Assembly (NCBI GenBank): GCA_951406725.2
Contig: OX597814.1
Location: 174,034,001-174,098,000, forward strand
Direction: 5' to 3'
DNA: 64,000 bases
Origin: Octopus vulgaris
Taxonomy: Eukaryota
The notes beneath the pieces were generated by a model that worked only from the letters and a program-made list of their open reading frames with translations, ran no database searches and was not told the DNA's origin. Of this stretch, positions 51,693-64,000 are shown piece by piece (position 1 is the first letter of the stretch; every line of letters starts with the position of its first letter). The translations under genes and the position numbers were made by a program.

Positions 51693-52533
51693 CAATGGTT
51701 CTCAGCCATTTTTTTGCCTATGGACTCCTTTGATTCCTATTTTTACTCAGGAATTGGGGATGTCTAAAAACAGCTATTATATTTTTATGATTAAATTATT
51801 ATTAGGAACTAGCTTAAAAGCTGCACTCCTTGCAGCGGGCTAATTGGCCTTGTGATCCAAAACTAAAGAAAGCAATAATAATAAAGCATTTATTGGTACC
51901 GTACCAATATGGTATTACTTTAAATTCAGTTTAAATGAAAAACTTGTAAGTTCACAAATTTTTAGAGTTCTTTTAAAATTTGAATTTTCAACTGTTAGCT
52001 TATAACAAATCCTCATGCAGCCCTGATCTCAACGTTGGGTGTTCAAGAACGAAATGAAGGGCAGATTTTCAATCTCAGAATCATCCTGATTCCAGAAAGT
52101 TATAATATGTAGAGCAAATGTAGACTAAGATACAGGGGTCCCAGACAAACAGAATTTCACATTTATTATTATAGATTGTATAAGGCAGTAAGCTGGTAGA
52201 AACGTTAGCACACCGGGCAAAATGCTTAGCAGTATTTCGTCTGCCGCTACGTTCTGAGTTCAAATTCCGCCGAGGTCGACTTTGCCTTTCATCCTTTCGG
52301 GGTCGATAAATTAAGTACCAGTTACGCACTGGGGTCGATGTAATTGACTTAATCTGTTTGTCTGTCCTTGTTTGTCCCCTCTGTGTTTAGCCCCTTGTGG
52401 GTAGTAAAGAAATGGGTATAGATTGTATAAAAAATATGTTTAAATATTTTGTGCATTGTAGAAATATAAACAGTTTATTGCACATAAATTTTTATAACAA
52501 AACCTTATATGGACCCCCAGTTGAGAACCACTG
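51693..52533 (+). mobile_element. hAT-like MITE with nested insertions
   Basis: Perfect 8-bp TSD CTCTAGTT (51685-51692, 52534-52541); contains a family B SINE 52184-52416 with 14-bp TSD TATAGATTGTATAA and an ACTAGC-starting element at ~51810-52175. Confidence 0.85.
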
Positions 52534-53681
52534 CTCTAGTTGGAGGCCACTAGTTCAAACCCTGCTGTTTTATTGCTCCTTTATCAAGGCTATATTACTC
52601 CTTGCGTATGACTACTTGACTGCAAATAAATGCATCGTCTAAACTTCATATTTTAAATGCTTATAATAAATGAGGACATCCTTTTATAACAATATTAGTC
52701 CAACAATTCACACACATATCTAGTGCTCAACATTTCTTTAAGTGATTTTTACTTAGCAAACTTGAGAGGTTTTTTTGTTTGTTTTTTTTAAATTTTCTTT
52801 TACTGCTAGTGCTATTAAAATCAGCCAAGAAAACAAAAGCAAATAAAACATTTATAACAAAACTAACACTGAAGTATTTTGCTTTGACTAAGCACAAAGT
52901 TTTGCAAAGCATATCTATTTTGTAAACATTCAGTCTGAGTGTTTGTGTGTGTGTGCAGGCATGATCATCTGGTTCTGAAGTTTGCTTTACAGTCCCATAG
53001 TTTTAAGTTCAGTCCCACTGCTGGGCAAGAGTCCTCTACTATCACTCTGAGCTGTGAGTAGAATTTTATTGACAGAAACTGAAAGAAGTTCATGGTACGT
53101 GTGTGTGTCTGTGTCCTGTCTTTACACTGTGTAATAGCTATTAATGAAGACCACTGTCTTATAGGCAGTGTCATTAATTTCCAATATTATGTGGAATCCA
53201 GACTTAGAAAATTTGCTTCAACAAATTTCACCTCACCCAAGCAAGCACCAAAAGTAGATATAAAAATGGTGGTAATGATGATAATGATCATCATCATTAT
53301 CATGATAATCTAAAGACTCTATCAATTTGCTGCCCATAAGTGACCGAGTAGAAACTCCTTCATTGACCACAGTGATTATACGTAATGCTCAATAATCTAT
53401 AATCAATAATAATGATTACATGGCTCTAGATTTCAGAGATTTGAGAGTGGATGGGAGGCAAATGATTTTTAATACTACTGTGCTCAAGAAATAATACCGG
53501 TAATAGAATATCCATATTTAACTCTGTAGCCATCATTGTTTACTTGGTTCAATGGCATATATATATGCACACAGACATACCTCAACTTACATCAGCAATT
53601 AGTTCTAAGACATGTGTCTCACTTCAAAAAACCATGTAACATGAAAAAACATTTGAAAAAGTTTATTATGTCTTGTTTTAA

Positions 53682-53910
53682 TCATCATCATCATCATCGT
53701 TTAACGTCCGCTTTCCATGCTAGCATGGGTTGGACGGTTCAACTGGGGTCTGGCAAGCATGAAGGCTGCACCAGGCCAGTCAGATCTGGCAGTGTTTCTA
53801 CAGCTGGATGCCCTTCCTAACGCCAACCACTCCGAGAGTGTAGTAGGTGCTTTTACATGCCACCGACACAGGTGCCAGTCGAGACTGGCAGATGGCCACG
53901 CTCGGATGGT
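53682..53910 (-). mobile_element. RTE-type LINE 3' UTR fragment
   Basis: (ATC)n gtttaacgtccgctttccatgctagcatgggttggacgg... Confidence 0.85.
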
Positions 53911-55169
53911 GTCTGCTAGTCTCGACAATATCTGGTTTATATATATTCTTCACTTGTAATTTATTTGATTTTCCTCTTCAGTATTGATTTTTAGGTGTTT
54001 TCCTTTTTTTTTATTAATAATACTTATGCTTTTAAACATGTTCACCATGGAGTTGAGGTTAATTTTTACCATTAATTTCTTTAAAAAAACAAAGTAAAAA
54101 AAAGATGTAACTCAAAACACACACACACACACACACATATATCTGTCAACTCATAAACAGTATAATTATCACTGACAAAGCAATGCCTGTGCAAAATTTT
54201 TGGTTCAAAAAGGCTTGTATAACACCTCATAGACTCTCGACCCTAAGGCAGCGTGCTGGCAGAATTGTTAGCATACCGGGTGGAATGCTTAGTGGTATTT
54301 CGTCTGTCTTTACGTTCTGAGTTCAAATTCCGCCGAAGTTGACTTTGTCTTTCATCCTTTCGGGGTCAATATAATCAACTTAATCCTTTTGTCTGTCCTT
54401 GTTTGTCCCCTCTGTGTGTAGCCCCTTGTGGGCAGTAAAGAAATAATACTCTCTCCACCCTATTGATATGATCCAGAGAGGAACCAAGGGAAGATATCTA
54501 TTGCCAATTTGGTTGCAGGCTCAGGATTTTGAGCGCCATGATCTCAAATGCAAGCAAAAGATCCCAAAATATTCAATGCTTTCCCCTGCACATCCATTTT
54601 CTCTCTTTTTTTTTTTTTATTAGCGTGACCTTCTCCTAAAGATATGCTTTGACAAAAGCCGAGGGATGCCTCCCAGTGGCTTCCCAGCATCCCAGACTTC
54701 AACTCAGAACTTTTTAGTGCCCATGTTATTGTTAGATAGTTGTTCAATCTACATTGGGTTCGTCCATCCTTTTGATAGGTCTTGCTTTTAGTCCTACTGT
54801 ATTGCTAGCAACCCTCCACACTAGGTTAACCTGGTGGTGTTATCAGCTTAGTCGCCAACAACCTGATTATGCAACAGGTGCTATTGGTAACATGGAATGT
54901 AGGACACACACAAAGTTGTGCTACTGTCAGGATGTGAACTGACAACTTTTTTCAGCCGACAAGCTATTCACAATAGCTACAAACCATATATCGAGAGTAG
55001 GCCAAATACACACACTTCATTTAAGATCACATTAAATTTTATGAAGTTTTCAGGCTCTGGTCAAAAGGTCATTTTGTACATGTCTTCCTGCTTCAGTAAT
55101 TCTGATATAGACTAGTCCTGTGATTGTCAAACTTTTTGTATCCTCGACACACTGAAAAAGGCTCTGAAG

Positions 55170-55421
55170 CAGTAAGTTCCCTAAGTGGGTGGTACTGCTC
55201 CAGGGTGGGGGGAGGCGGAGCGTTGAAGAAAAGTGGAGCATTAGTGAGGTGGCCAAGGAGGGGGTGGATGTAAAAACAACAAAATAATGGGTTAATTAGG
55301 TTAAGTTTTATATGTGAAGTATAGTTGATCTATGTTTGAGGCAGTGAGTGGGGGAGGGGGTGCTAGGAATGTGGCCTGGGTGCCAAGGGGACAGCAGCTT
55401 GAAAAAGTTTAGGAACCACTG
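55170..55421. mobile_element. hAT/Charlie-like MITE with G-rich interior
   Basis: CAGTAAGTTCCCTAA ... TTAGGAACCACTG with 8-bp flanks ctctgaag/ctctaaag. Confidence 0.65.
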
Positions 55422-55457
55422 CTCTAAAGCATACATCTGCCTTTTGGAAGTTTTATT

Positions 55458-55857
55458 GGCGTGGCTGTGTGGTAAGGCGCTTGTTTCCCAACCACATGGT
55501 TCCAAGTTCAGTCCCACTGTGTGGCACCTTGCGCAAGTATCTTCTACTATAGCCTCAGTCCAACCAAAGCCTTGTAAGTGGATTTGGTAGACGGAAATTG
55601 AAAGAAGCCCGTCGTGTGTATATATGTATATATATTTGTGTGCGTATTTATCTGTGTTTGTCCCCTTCCCACCATCGCTTGACAACTGGTATTGGTGTGT
55701 TTTTGTCCCCGTAAGCTAGCGGTTCGGCAAAAGAGACAGATAGAATTGGTACTAGGCTGAAAAAAAGAAAGTCCTGACGTTGATGTTGTTTGACTAAAAA
55801 CCCTTCAAGACGGTACTCCAGCATGGCCGCAGTCAAATGCCTGAAGCAAGTAAAAGA
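55458..55857 (+). mobile_element. SINE family A
   Basis: Full-length alignment to 49507-49921. Confidence 0.88.
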
Positions 55858-57209
55858 ATATATAAGGTGGTGGGTGAATGAGTATTAAAACCGTTTTAAA
55901 ACAACGATGGTTCACACGTTTTGCACTTTACCGCAGTGAAAGGCACGTGCACCACCGGTGTGGTATGTTAAAAACACTCGGGTGTTTCTAAATATCTTGG
56001 AATTTTCCGACTTACCTCGAAAACCCATGACACACCAGCAGACCATATGTGCCACTCACGTGTACCTGAAAACAGTGACCCGAAAACGTCTGACCTAGTC
56101 TATAGAATTGAAATTCACCTTTACTGACTAAATGGGATCTATCGACATATCTAAATATGATATTAACTTTTTTTTTTACAGTAGTATATGAGATAAGTAT
56201 GTCGCTAGATGCACATGAAGTTTTAAAGGAGATCTGTGGATTTAAGATTTTAAAAAAAGATCAGATAATGTCTTAATCCACGTTTCCTTTCCTTTGATTA
56301 AGAAGTCTGTCTCAGTGCCTTATCTAAGCTTCTCCTATGGGAGCAAAAATGATGTCGCCTTCTCTTGGTCGCTCAACCTGCTAGAAATAGGAAGTAAGTC
56401 TAAAAAAAAAACTTGATTCTGGGAAAACGAGATAGTCATGGTTGGAATGCTTTTGATCATGTGTCTATTAGTTTCGGTTGACCTGGCAATAAACAGCAAC
56501 AACCGAATGTTAGTTACTATCCATCCCTTCCTAATCTTGTTTATTCTGTCCTTTAGATAACTTCATTTCTTGTTTACATTTGATTAGCATGTCGCCCTAT
56601 CGCGTTACCAAAAGCGCAATGAAGGTGCGCAAGCATTCATGTGTGTGTGTGTGAAAGAATTGTCTTCGCCTACACAATTGTTCACAATGTTAGACAAAAC
56701 ACACACACGCACACACAACTGAGACTGAGTTTATGGATATGACTGTAAATAAATTTCATTTTCATTTTCATGTACATTTGAAAAAAAAAATCATCGTCGT
56801 CCAGTCTACTGGCCAACTTTCTTGTCTGTTGATTACAATATACCTTTTTTTTTTAGATAGACAGACAGACGTGTGTACACACACGATGTGTATATAGGGA
56901 GATCACGATGTTCAAAATAGGTTTATAAATTAGTAATTAACATTTAATTATTATAATTAACTCCTTTTTTTTTTGTGTGAAGAATTGAGACCTTTATTTA
57001 GTATATCGATGATATAATTTGAATGTTGTACCGTACTAGTATGGCCGCAGTCCAATGACTGAAACTTGTAAAAATAAAATATAGACAACTTAAGTGTTAT
57101 GCGTACACACCCAACTACGCTGTTATTTTCTTTGGGACAGCAAACTTCTACTTATTCTTTCGTCTTTAACTCTTGTATATTTTTATCTATAAATCTAATA
57201 TTCACACAC

Positions 57210-57740
57210 ACTTTTTCTCTCTCTCTCTCTCCTTTTTTTTTCTCCTCTCTCTATCTCTCCCCTTCCTTATTTCTCTTTTTCTTTCTCTCTAACTTTTTCT
57301 CTCTCTCTCTCTTTCTAACTCCCTTTTTTCCCCCACTCTTTATTCTATTTCTCTTTGATTGTCATAGACTCCTCCATTTTCTCCTCCTTCCTTCAATATT
57401 TTTTTCCCTAACATTTTTCTATTTCTAGCTTTGATTATTTTTCTCCTCTCTCTCACTCTCATTTCCTCCTCCTTTTTCTGCCTTCCATTTCCACTTCACT
57501 TTTATATTATTATCTTGCTGTTCTGCCCCACCCACTTCTCTCTATCTTTCTTTATCTCTTCTATCCGATAGTCTTTTTATTTTAGCTACCTCTATGTGTC
57601 TGCCCTCCCTCTCTCTCTCTCTCACACACTTTTTCTCTTTCTCCCACTAATATGTCTCTCTTACTCTCTCTCCCCCTCTCTTTCTGTCTCTCATTGTATA
57701 CCTCCTCCCTTTCTATTATTTTTCTTTATTTCCCCCCACC
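57210..57740 (+). repeat. Long pyrimidine-rich (CT/T) low-complexity tract
   Basis: About 530 bp with very few G residues on the + strand. Confidence 0.85.
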
Positions 57741-58157
57741 CTGTTTCACTCTGCCATAAATATCCACAAGAAACTGTTGTCACCACGGACGGCCTGCATA
57801 GTTTATTCTCTATGTTATCTCATTCCTTATGATATCATTTATTGGTCAACAACAGCAAGGCCGCCACACTGTCCTCTTGTGCACTAATAACGATGGACAG
57901 TCTTTTCAGTATCGGGGACATTTTTTTCAACAATTGAAGTTAACTTGACACTCGCCCATTCACAAACAAGACAGTTTGACTTTACGTTGCGGGGGTTTCC
58001 CCCGACCCTAACAACCCACACACCACATAGCCTCGATGTGTTTTTTCTTAAATATTTTTTTTTGTTATTATTACCTCTATGAATACTTCCACAATCCACT
58101 TCGGTTGTCAATACCGCTTTGTATTTGACTAAATAACATCTACATTAGTACTAAATA

Positions 58158-58192
<35 letters not shown>

Positions 58193-58281
58193 CATATATA
58201 CATATATATATACAGGGACAGAGAATACACTTGTTACTTAATTATATACGGATATAAAGTTTGTCTTAATCAATCACATGT

Positions 58282-58344
58282 ATGGATCTAAATAGAAGAT
58301 TACATCGTCCAGAGCCAGCTGATGGTGACGATCTGTTGGTGGAG
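58282..58344 (+). CDS. Candidate alternative first coding exon of a short EVI5 isoform
   Basis: ATG-initiated MDLNRRLHRPEPADGDDLLVE ending at a perfect GAG|GTAAGT donor, phase 0 like exon E; no homology support. Confidence 0.35.
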
Positions 58345-59041
58345 GTAAGTAACAAAATTTGAGGAAATCAGTTGTGCAACTTTCGAAACTTCCCCTTAAT
58401 CTCTTATCTTTTTATTTATATATATCTACCAGCGGCGTGTGTGGTTGGTACGTTGCACACCCACTAAAAATCTAATTCATAAATTCACTCGAAAATACGA
58501 TCATGATGGGGGGAAACTGATTTTTACTGATTCCCGTTTTGAAATATGACTGTTGTTGGTTCTGAGATAAGTTGTTTAACGCTCCACACTTAACTGCATT
58601 AGGGTTGAGCGACCTTCATACATCCCGTGTTCGTTAGGTTTGAAAATGTTTTTATCCCAATCTGATTGTCCCTAGTGTGTAACTCTGGTCTTGCTGTATC
58701 GTAGTATAACCTGGTCGTATAATACGTTTTCAAATCTGGTACTACACACTCAGAAACGAAGATTGTTATGTTTATTTCTGTATAATATTCATCTCAGAGT
58801 ATTAATAGGTTCAGTAAAGTGTACACTCTATGACAGTAACCACCATGCGCGTCTGATCTGTCCATTTACCTGTGTCTCCTTGTCTAGTATACCCGTCAGT
58901 GTGTGTGTATGTTTATATATGAATGTATATATGGCAAACTTACGACATCGCCATATATATGTATGTATATGTGTGTGTGTATATTCGTTTGTCTGTCGTG
59001 GTTGGCCCCTCTGTGTTTAGCTCCTTGTGGGTAGTAAAGAA

Positions 59042-59073
<32 letters not shown>

Positions 59074-62000
59074 ATACACCACACACACATACCTATCTGT
59101 TTACTTATATGTTTTATCGATACTAAACACAGAACATTATCCAATATTTCAAACTGAAACGCAGTATATAGATAATACATACAAACGAGGAATTAATAAT
59201 ACTCGATCTGCAAATACGATTGAATAAAATTAAGCGGGATCTTCTCTGTCTTTCTTCCTTTTTTTCAGAATATCGATAAAGTTGTGTTGCTTCCTTTAAA
59301 GTTTGTTATATTATATTTATACCCAATGTAAGCAGTCTCTTTGAGCTTAGCATCACCACCACCACATCATCACAATTGTCATTTCAGTAACCTTAATGGA
59401 CACTCATTGATAAATCAATAACGCACTGGCAAAATATAATCAAGTTATTCCTTGTGATCTGAAACCACGACCCGGTTTATTTATTTATTAAATTCCTAGT
59501 TATAGCCATTTCATTTCTCCTATTTCATTAACATCTCTCATTAATTCATGTCCCTTAAAAATATCTGATATAAGAAATCAATTAAATGATATTATCTGCT
59601 TTTAATTAGGAGCTGAACATTTTGACGTAGGTGGTATTTGATCGTGATATTAATCAATTTAGCTAAGTTGATGACATTGCTTTTCTTCGTTCAGGATCAA
59701 TAAAATAATGCATAAAGTTATTCGTATTGATCATACCCTACCCCTTATACGTGCAAATAAGAATGAACCTATTGCCCAGTCACAAAAAGTCGAATTGTTA
59801 TACTGAATATTGCAGTGTTATTTTCACTAAATTTTCTTGTTTGTTTTCTTAATTTCCTACGACTGGACGGACCAAAAATAGTTTAGAATGCCAAACTGAA
59901 GATCAGATCATCTATAATTGTAATTATCATCATCATTGTTGGAGGTGTGTGTATGAAAGTAAGTACTAGCGTGACACCGAACTTGCTTTTGAGTACTTTA
60001 TGGAATTCTACTCGCATAAAGTTTTATACGTAGTTTAAAAATCATTAGTCATTTCAGATTGTTTTGTCATAGTTATATTATTGCTGTCCTCATAGTACTT
60101 TCAGCAATTGTTTGTGTGCCGGACAAATTACATTCAGTCATTCAAATCCCGCCGAGGTCAACTTTTTAACTTTCATTAAAGTACTAAGTCGATATACGTT
60201 CCTGTGAAGCAGCTTCGGTGTGAATGAAATTTATATTAAAAAGACTTAAGCTATGTAGTCCTTTCCTCCACTCCCACCTGCAAAAAAAAATTGTGTGTCC
60301 TACTATTTAACCTCTGGGGACGATAGACACTAGTCCTTGTACTGGATCAGATTTAATGGAATATACCCTGTCCTGCCCTAAAATGCGAGAACTTGTACAT
60401 CTGTTAGAAATCATTGCTGTAAAAGTGGTTTAGTAGACGAGACTGAAAAGTGACGCCGAATCTTTTTACAATGAAATCTACCGCCCTTCCTTCATTGTTG
60501 TTTAACCCCAGGTCAGCCCTTAATGGGCAGATTTGTGATTAGAAGCATTCTAGCCAATACCATTTGTTTTATATTATACATATATTTATTTAGGACTAAC
60601 TTGTCCAATGCAACTTCTCCTTTTAAATAGTAGGGTGTGCATTGATAGAATTTGACTGCTATTTCTAGCAGGTCGAGCAACAACGTAGAGGCTGTCATTG
60701 AATAATTTGGTTGTTGTTAAACCTCAAGTTGGCCGTGGTTAAGATGTTTTATGATCGAAAATGTTCCACCTGTGATCGCCCCGTCTTCCTTCCCCTCGTG
60801 CTTCAGACTACATCATACAATGTCTCCTTCCCCCCGCCTTTTTTTATTTTTGATTTTGTATGAGATTTGATTACTATTTCCAGCAAATCGAGCGAATACG
60901 TTGGCTCAAAGTATATCGAGTGGATGTCAAGTGGTTCATTCAAAAGTTTTTTTTCTGGGCTGTTTTTGGAGGAAATTTGAATTGTTCAATGGCTCGAAAT
61001 GTTTTAATTCTTTCCATATCGCTGTCTCCCTTTCTCTTCAATTTTTTTATTTTGGTGGGTTTGGGGGGGATGTCATATATTCCATGACTTATTTTTCATA
61101 TATTGCGTTATTTTTAGAACAATTAAAGATACATTTTTGTTGTTAACCTAATACTGACTGCTGCCACTGGTTGGGTGAAGAAGGGGGGGAAAAACAATAA
61201 CATAAGGCAACAAATGCAAACCCGAAGTGGGTCGGACTGCATGTTAGAGGACCCCTCCCCGATCATTGTGAAAGTTCTTGATAAATTGGATTGTTTGGTT
61301 AACTCTGCTCTAAATAACAATTTTTTTGTTTTGCTTGTCGTCTTTTTGCACTACATTATAACTATCAACTAACCGTCTGCGAGAGAAATATTGTTTACAT
61401 TAATCAAATGAGCTGAAGAACTAATTAAATAGGACTATGAAGACAAAAAAAGTACTGAGTTGACTGAATATGTTATATTCAATATCTACTTATAAAAACT
61501 TCATTACTGTTATGCTCAAAAACTTCATTACTTGAGAGAGGCGGGGTATCAAAAAGCTGGGCGAATCAATCACATAACAGAAGTCTGTGTCATTTTATCG
61601 ACATCGTTGATGTATGGGAGAGGGGGAACAGTTGCAAAATCGGGTCGATTATTGAATGCATGTGTGTGTCTTTTAGTTTAAGCATTCGTTTCGACTGAAT
61701 ATTTGTTGAATTTTCTGTAAAAAAGACTTCAGAGGTGCTGGTCTGTGTTAAGAGGAAGTTTAAAAACTGTAGGTCAAGATCGACGCTGAGGATGATTAAT
61801 TAATTAGTATTTACTATTGACACACACATATATATATATATATACATGTGTTTGTTTACATACTTTAATGTGTGCGTTGTCTTCATCCACAATAAATTGT
61901 ATTTGTTTGTATTTAGTCAAACAAATTCGTTCTTCTTTCTCCGCTACTTTTTAAATCAATAATGGTTCTTTTATTATTTCTTTAATATCATTTGGTAAAC

Positions 62001-62569
62001 AACTTCAGTAATAAATAGGAATAATCAAAATAATCATCCTCCACTTTGATTATTAAGAGGTTTCCGTCCGTCTGTTAAGCTAGACATAAACTTCAGTTGT
62101 ATTCGTAGAAAAGAATAATGCTGATATCAGCCCCATTCTTTCTTCAGACATTTTGTCTTCTACAGATAGACGTAGTGACGGCAACTACTGGTTGTTGATG
62201 TTTTTGTCCCGGGTCAGGCTGAATTGCAGAACTATGATCAGAGGCATTTAGCCGTGACTGTACCACCTCTATTTTCTCTAGACATATTTTGGGCTACATT
62301 ATCCAATGTTTTTCTCTGCAAAGACACGGTGTGGTTTGAGGGAGACTTGGCTGATATTTTAAGTCCCTCGAAGAGACCCCACTTGTTGATTGTAGTAAAT
62401 ATTAACTGAGGTAAGAAAGATACAGTTAGATTCGTAGTGGAACTTTATCACTCCTCTTATTAAAATTCACCTCTGCTATCCTGAAGGTTGAGGTTTTTCC
62501 ATATGTAAAGCAAAATTTCACCTTAAAAGTCAGGTCACTAACAACGCTTCAAAGCAAATATTTTTGTAG

Positions 62570-62656
62570 CGAAGGTAAAGAATACGCACACCACTCGTTT
62601 TCGGCGTAACAAAAAGCCTAACCCTAAACACTGGGTGTGCGTATTCTTTATCTTCG
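62570..62656. repeat. Small inverted repeat (23-bp arms) around a telomere-like motif
   Basis: cgaaggtaaagaatacgcacacc / ggtgtgcgtattctttatcttcg with one G.T pair; interior cctaaccctaa. Confidence 0.8.
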
Positions 62657-63315
62657 TCTGTTTTTGTATTTGATGCATGTTGTTTAGATTTAGGTCAACC
62701 CCGATAATATAAGTTTGTAATCAAAAGTATCGTTGCCATGACTGTCCTGTCTTCTTAGTTGGTTTTTTGTTTCCACATAGTTATCTAGGGATCGGATACG
62801 TCTTTTTTAAGGGAGGTTTGGTTGCTATTGTTTGCAGATCGAACACCCACAATGCGGTTACTCGTTGTCTGGTCTTAGGTTTTCTTTTCTTATATGTCCA
62901 CTATGTATTTATCTTGACCTAATTCTACAATGTCTGTGTACTACCTGCCATTATCTCAATAACATTTCTCCATTCATTTCACATTGTCCTACCTATATCT
63001 ATTTCACCGATTTACATTTGATATATATCAACCTTAAATTCGTGCTGGCTGTCCAATGAATCAACTCATTTTCTCAGTATTTACATTTTCAGATCCACTG
63101 ATCATATTTCTTTGTCACGCATTACCCCTATTTTGGTTGGGTACAGACCAAAATCAAAATACCATCACACAAGACAAAAGTTCATTTTTATAAGTGTGAG
63201 CATTAATTAAGACTCTTCTCCTCCATTAATATTCATTGGAGTTAGTCCTCAGGTACATCCTTCATAGGGTCCTATCAGAAGCAACAGTCAAACTGTTATA
63301 CTTTCATTTTAGACA

Positions 63316-63399
63316 CCCCAGCATAACCAACAGAGGCTATGGATATTATCCAGTCATCCCCAGCATGACCAACAGAGGCTGTGGATATTATCCAATCAT
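63316..63399. repeat. 42-bp tandem duplication
   Basis: ccccagcat(a/g)accaacagaggct(a/g)tggatattatcca(g/a)tcat occurs twice. Confidence 0.9.
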
Positions 63400-64000
63400 C
63401 TTATACTCTTAGTTTATCCCTAATTCTTCTGCCAGTTGGCTCAGTTTGAAAAATGATTTGCGATCCTTTCCTATGACATTCTAACCACAGAGGTCACAGC
63501 TCCATATTTTTTGAGCTATGGCTCTCAGTGAAGAGAAGTAACGGCTCAACCTAGAGAAACTCTCTGAGCTATACACTCTGTTGTGTAACATTACTCTAGT
63601 GTTCCTTTGGAGGCACCCCTTTTCACTCAGCCACTTGTAGTCATACTTTTTCAGCTTATTACCGAATATTCACGACCATAGGTGAGGATAGGCATGCAAA
63701 CCAAATACTTAAATGATAGCATTTTTTTTTTTTACCAGCCTCTCCTTTTCTGAGGATCAAATGCTGGAGCAGGCACATTAATATTCATGCATCTAATTCA
63801 GCCTCCTGCTTCCTGTTACTCATAGATATTACTCTCAGGGTACTTAGATTTCTCCATTTGACTTAGTAGTGTTTCACTATCATGCCTTAATTTCTATTAT
63901 GTTTATGTCTGGCTTGTCCTCTTGCACTGGTTGTTATTGCTGTTTAACCTTTAAATCATTATGATCAAGTAACCCTATTATGAGACATTCAAACCATGAC

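Noticed and set aside
47518-64000. Next canonical EVI5 coiled-coil exon
   Set aside because: No acceptor-linked frame resembling RLRTENRLL was found by eye; it is probably beyond the window. Likewise no upstream TBC exon was found in 1-8288.
1-64000. Prokaryotic operon or defence system
   Set aside because: Spliceosomal exon-intron structure, metazoan repeats and the absence of long ORFs.

Overview
This is AT-rich, repeat-dense eukaryotic genomic DNA. The repeat families resemble those of octopus/coleoid cephalopods, but that assignment is an inference. The only well-supported host gene is an EVI5/EVI5L-like Rab-GAP on the + strand. Five consecutive internal coding exons are present (8289-8414, 8805-8948, 11991-12080, 18422-18519, 47457-47517); they splice in frame and cover the C-terminal half of the TBC domain and the start of the coiled coil. 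Both gene ends lie outside the window. The introns hold several tRNA-derived SINE families, RTE-type LINE fragments (one BovB-like), hAT- and piggyBac-type MITEs, Helitron/Helentron-like non-autonomous elements, a maT/mariner relic, a foldback palindrome and many microsatellites. Most ORFs in the supplied track are spurious. The most notable observations are: (1) a ~240-bp tRNA-headed, TSD-flanked retroelement carrying a minimal Penelope-type hammerhead ribozyme, with a second insertion in a Penelope-like inverted-tail arrangement; (2) locally templated duplications, including a ~0.7-kb inverted copy pasted into a SINE that could form a long intronic dsRNA; (3) candidate internal first exons, phase-compatible with the EVI5 frame, that would give GAP-less coiled-coil isoforms; (4) a decayed CCA-ending tRNA-like sequence. 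Repeat boundaries are read by eye and approximate unless a TSD is quoted.
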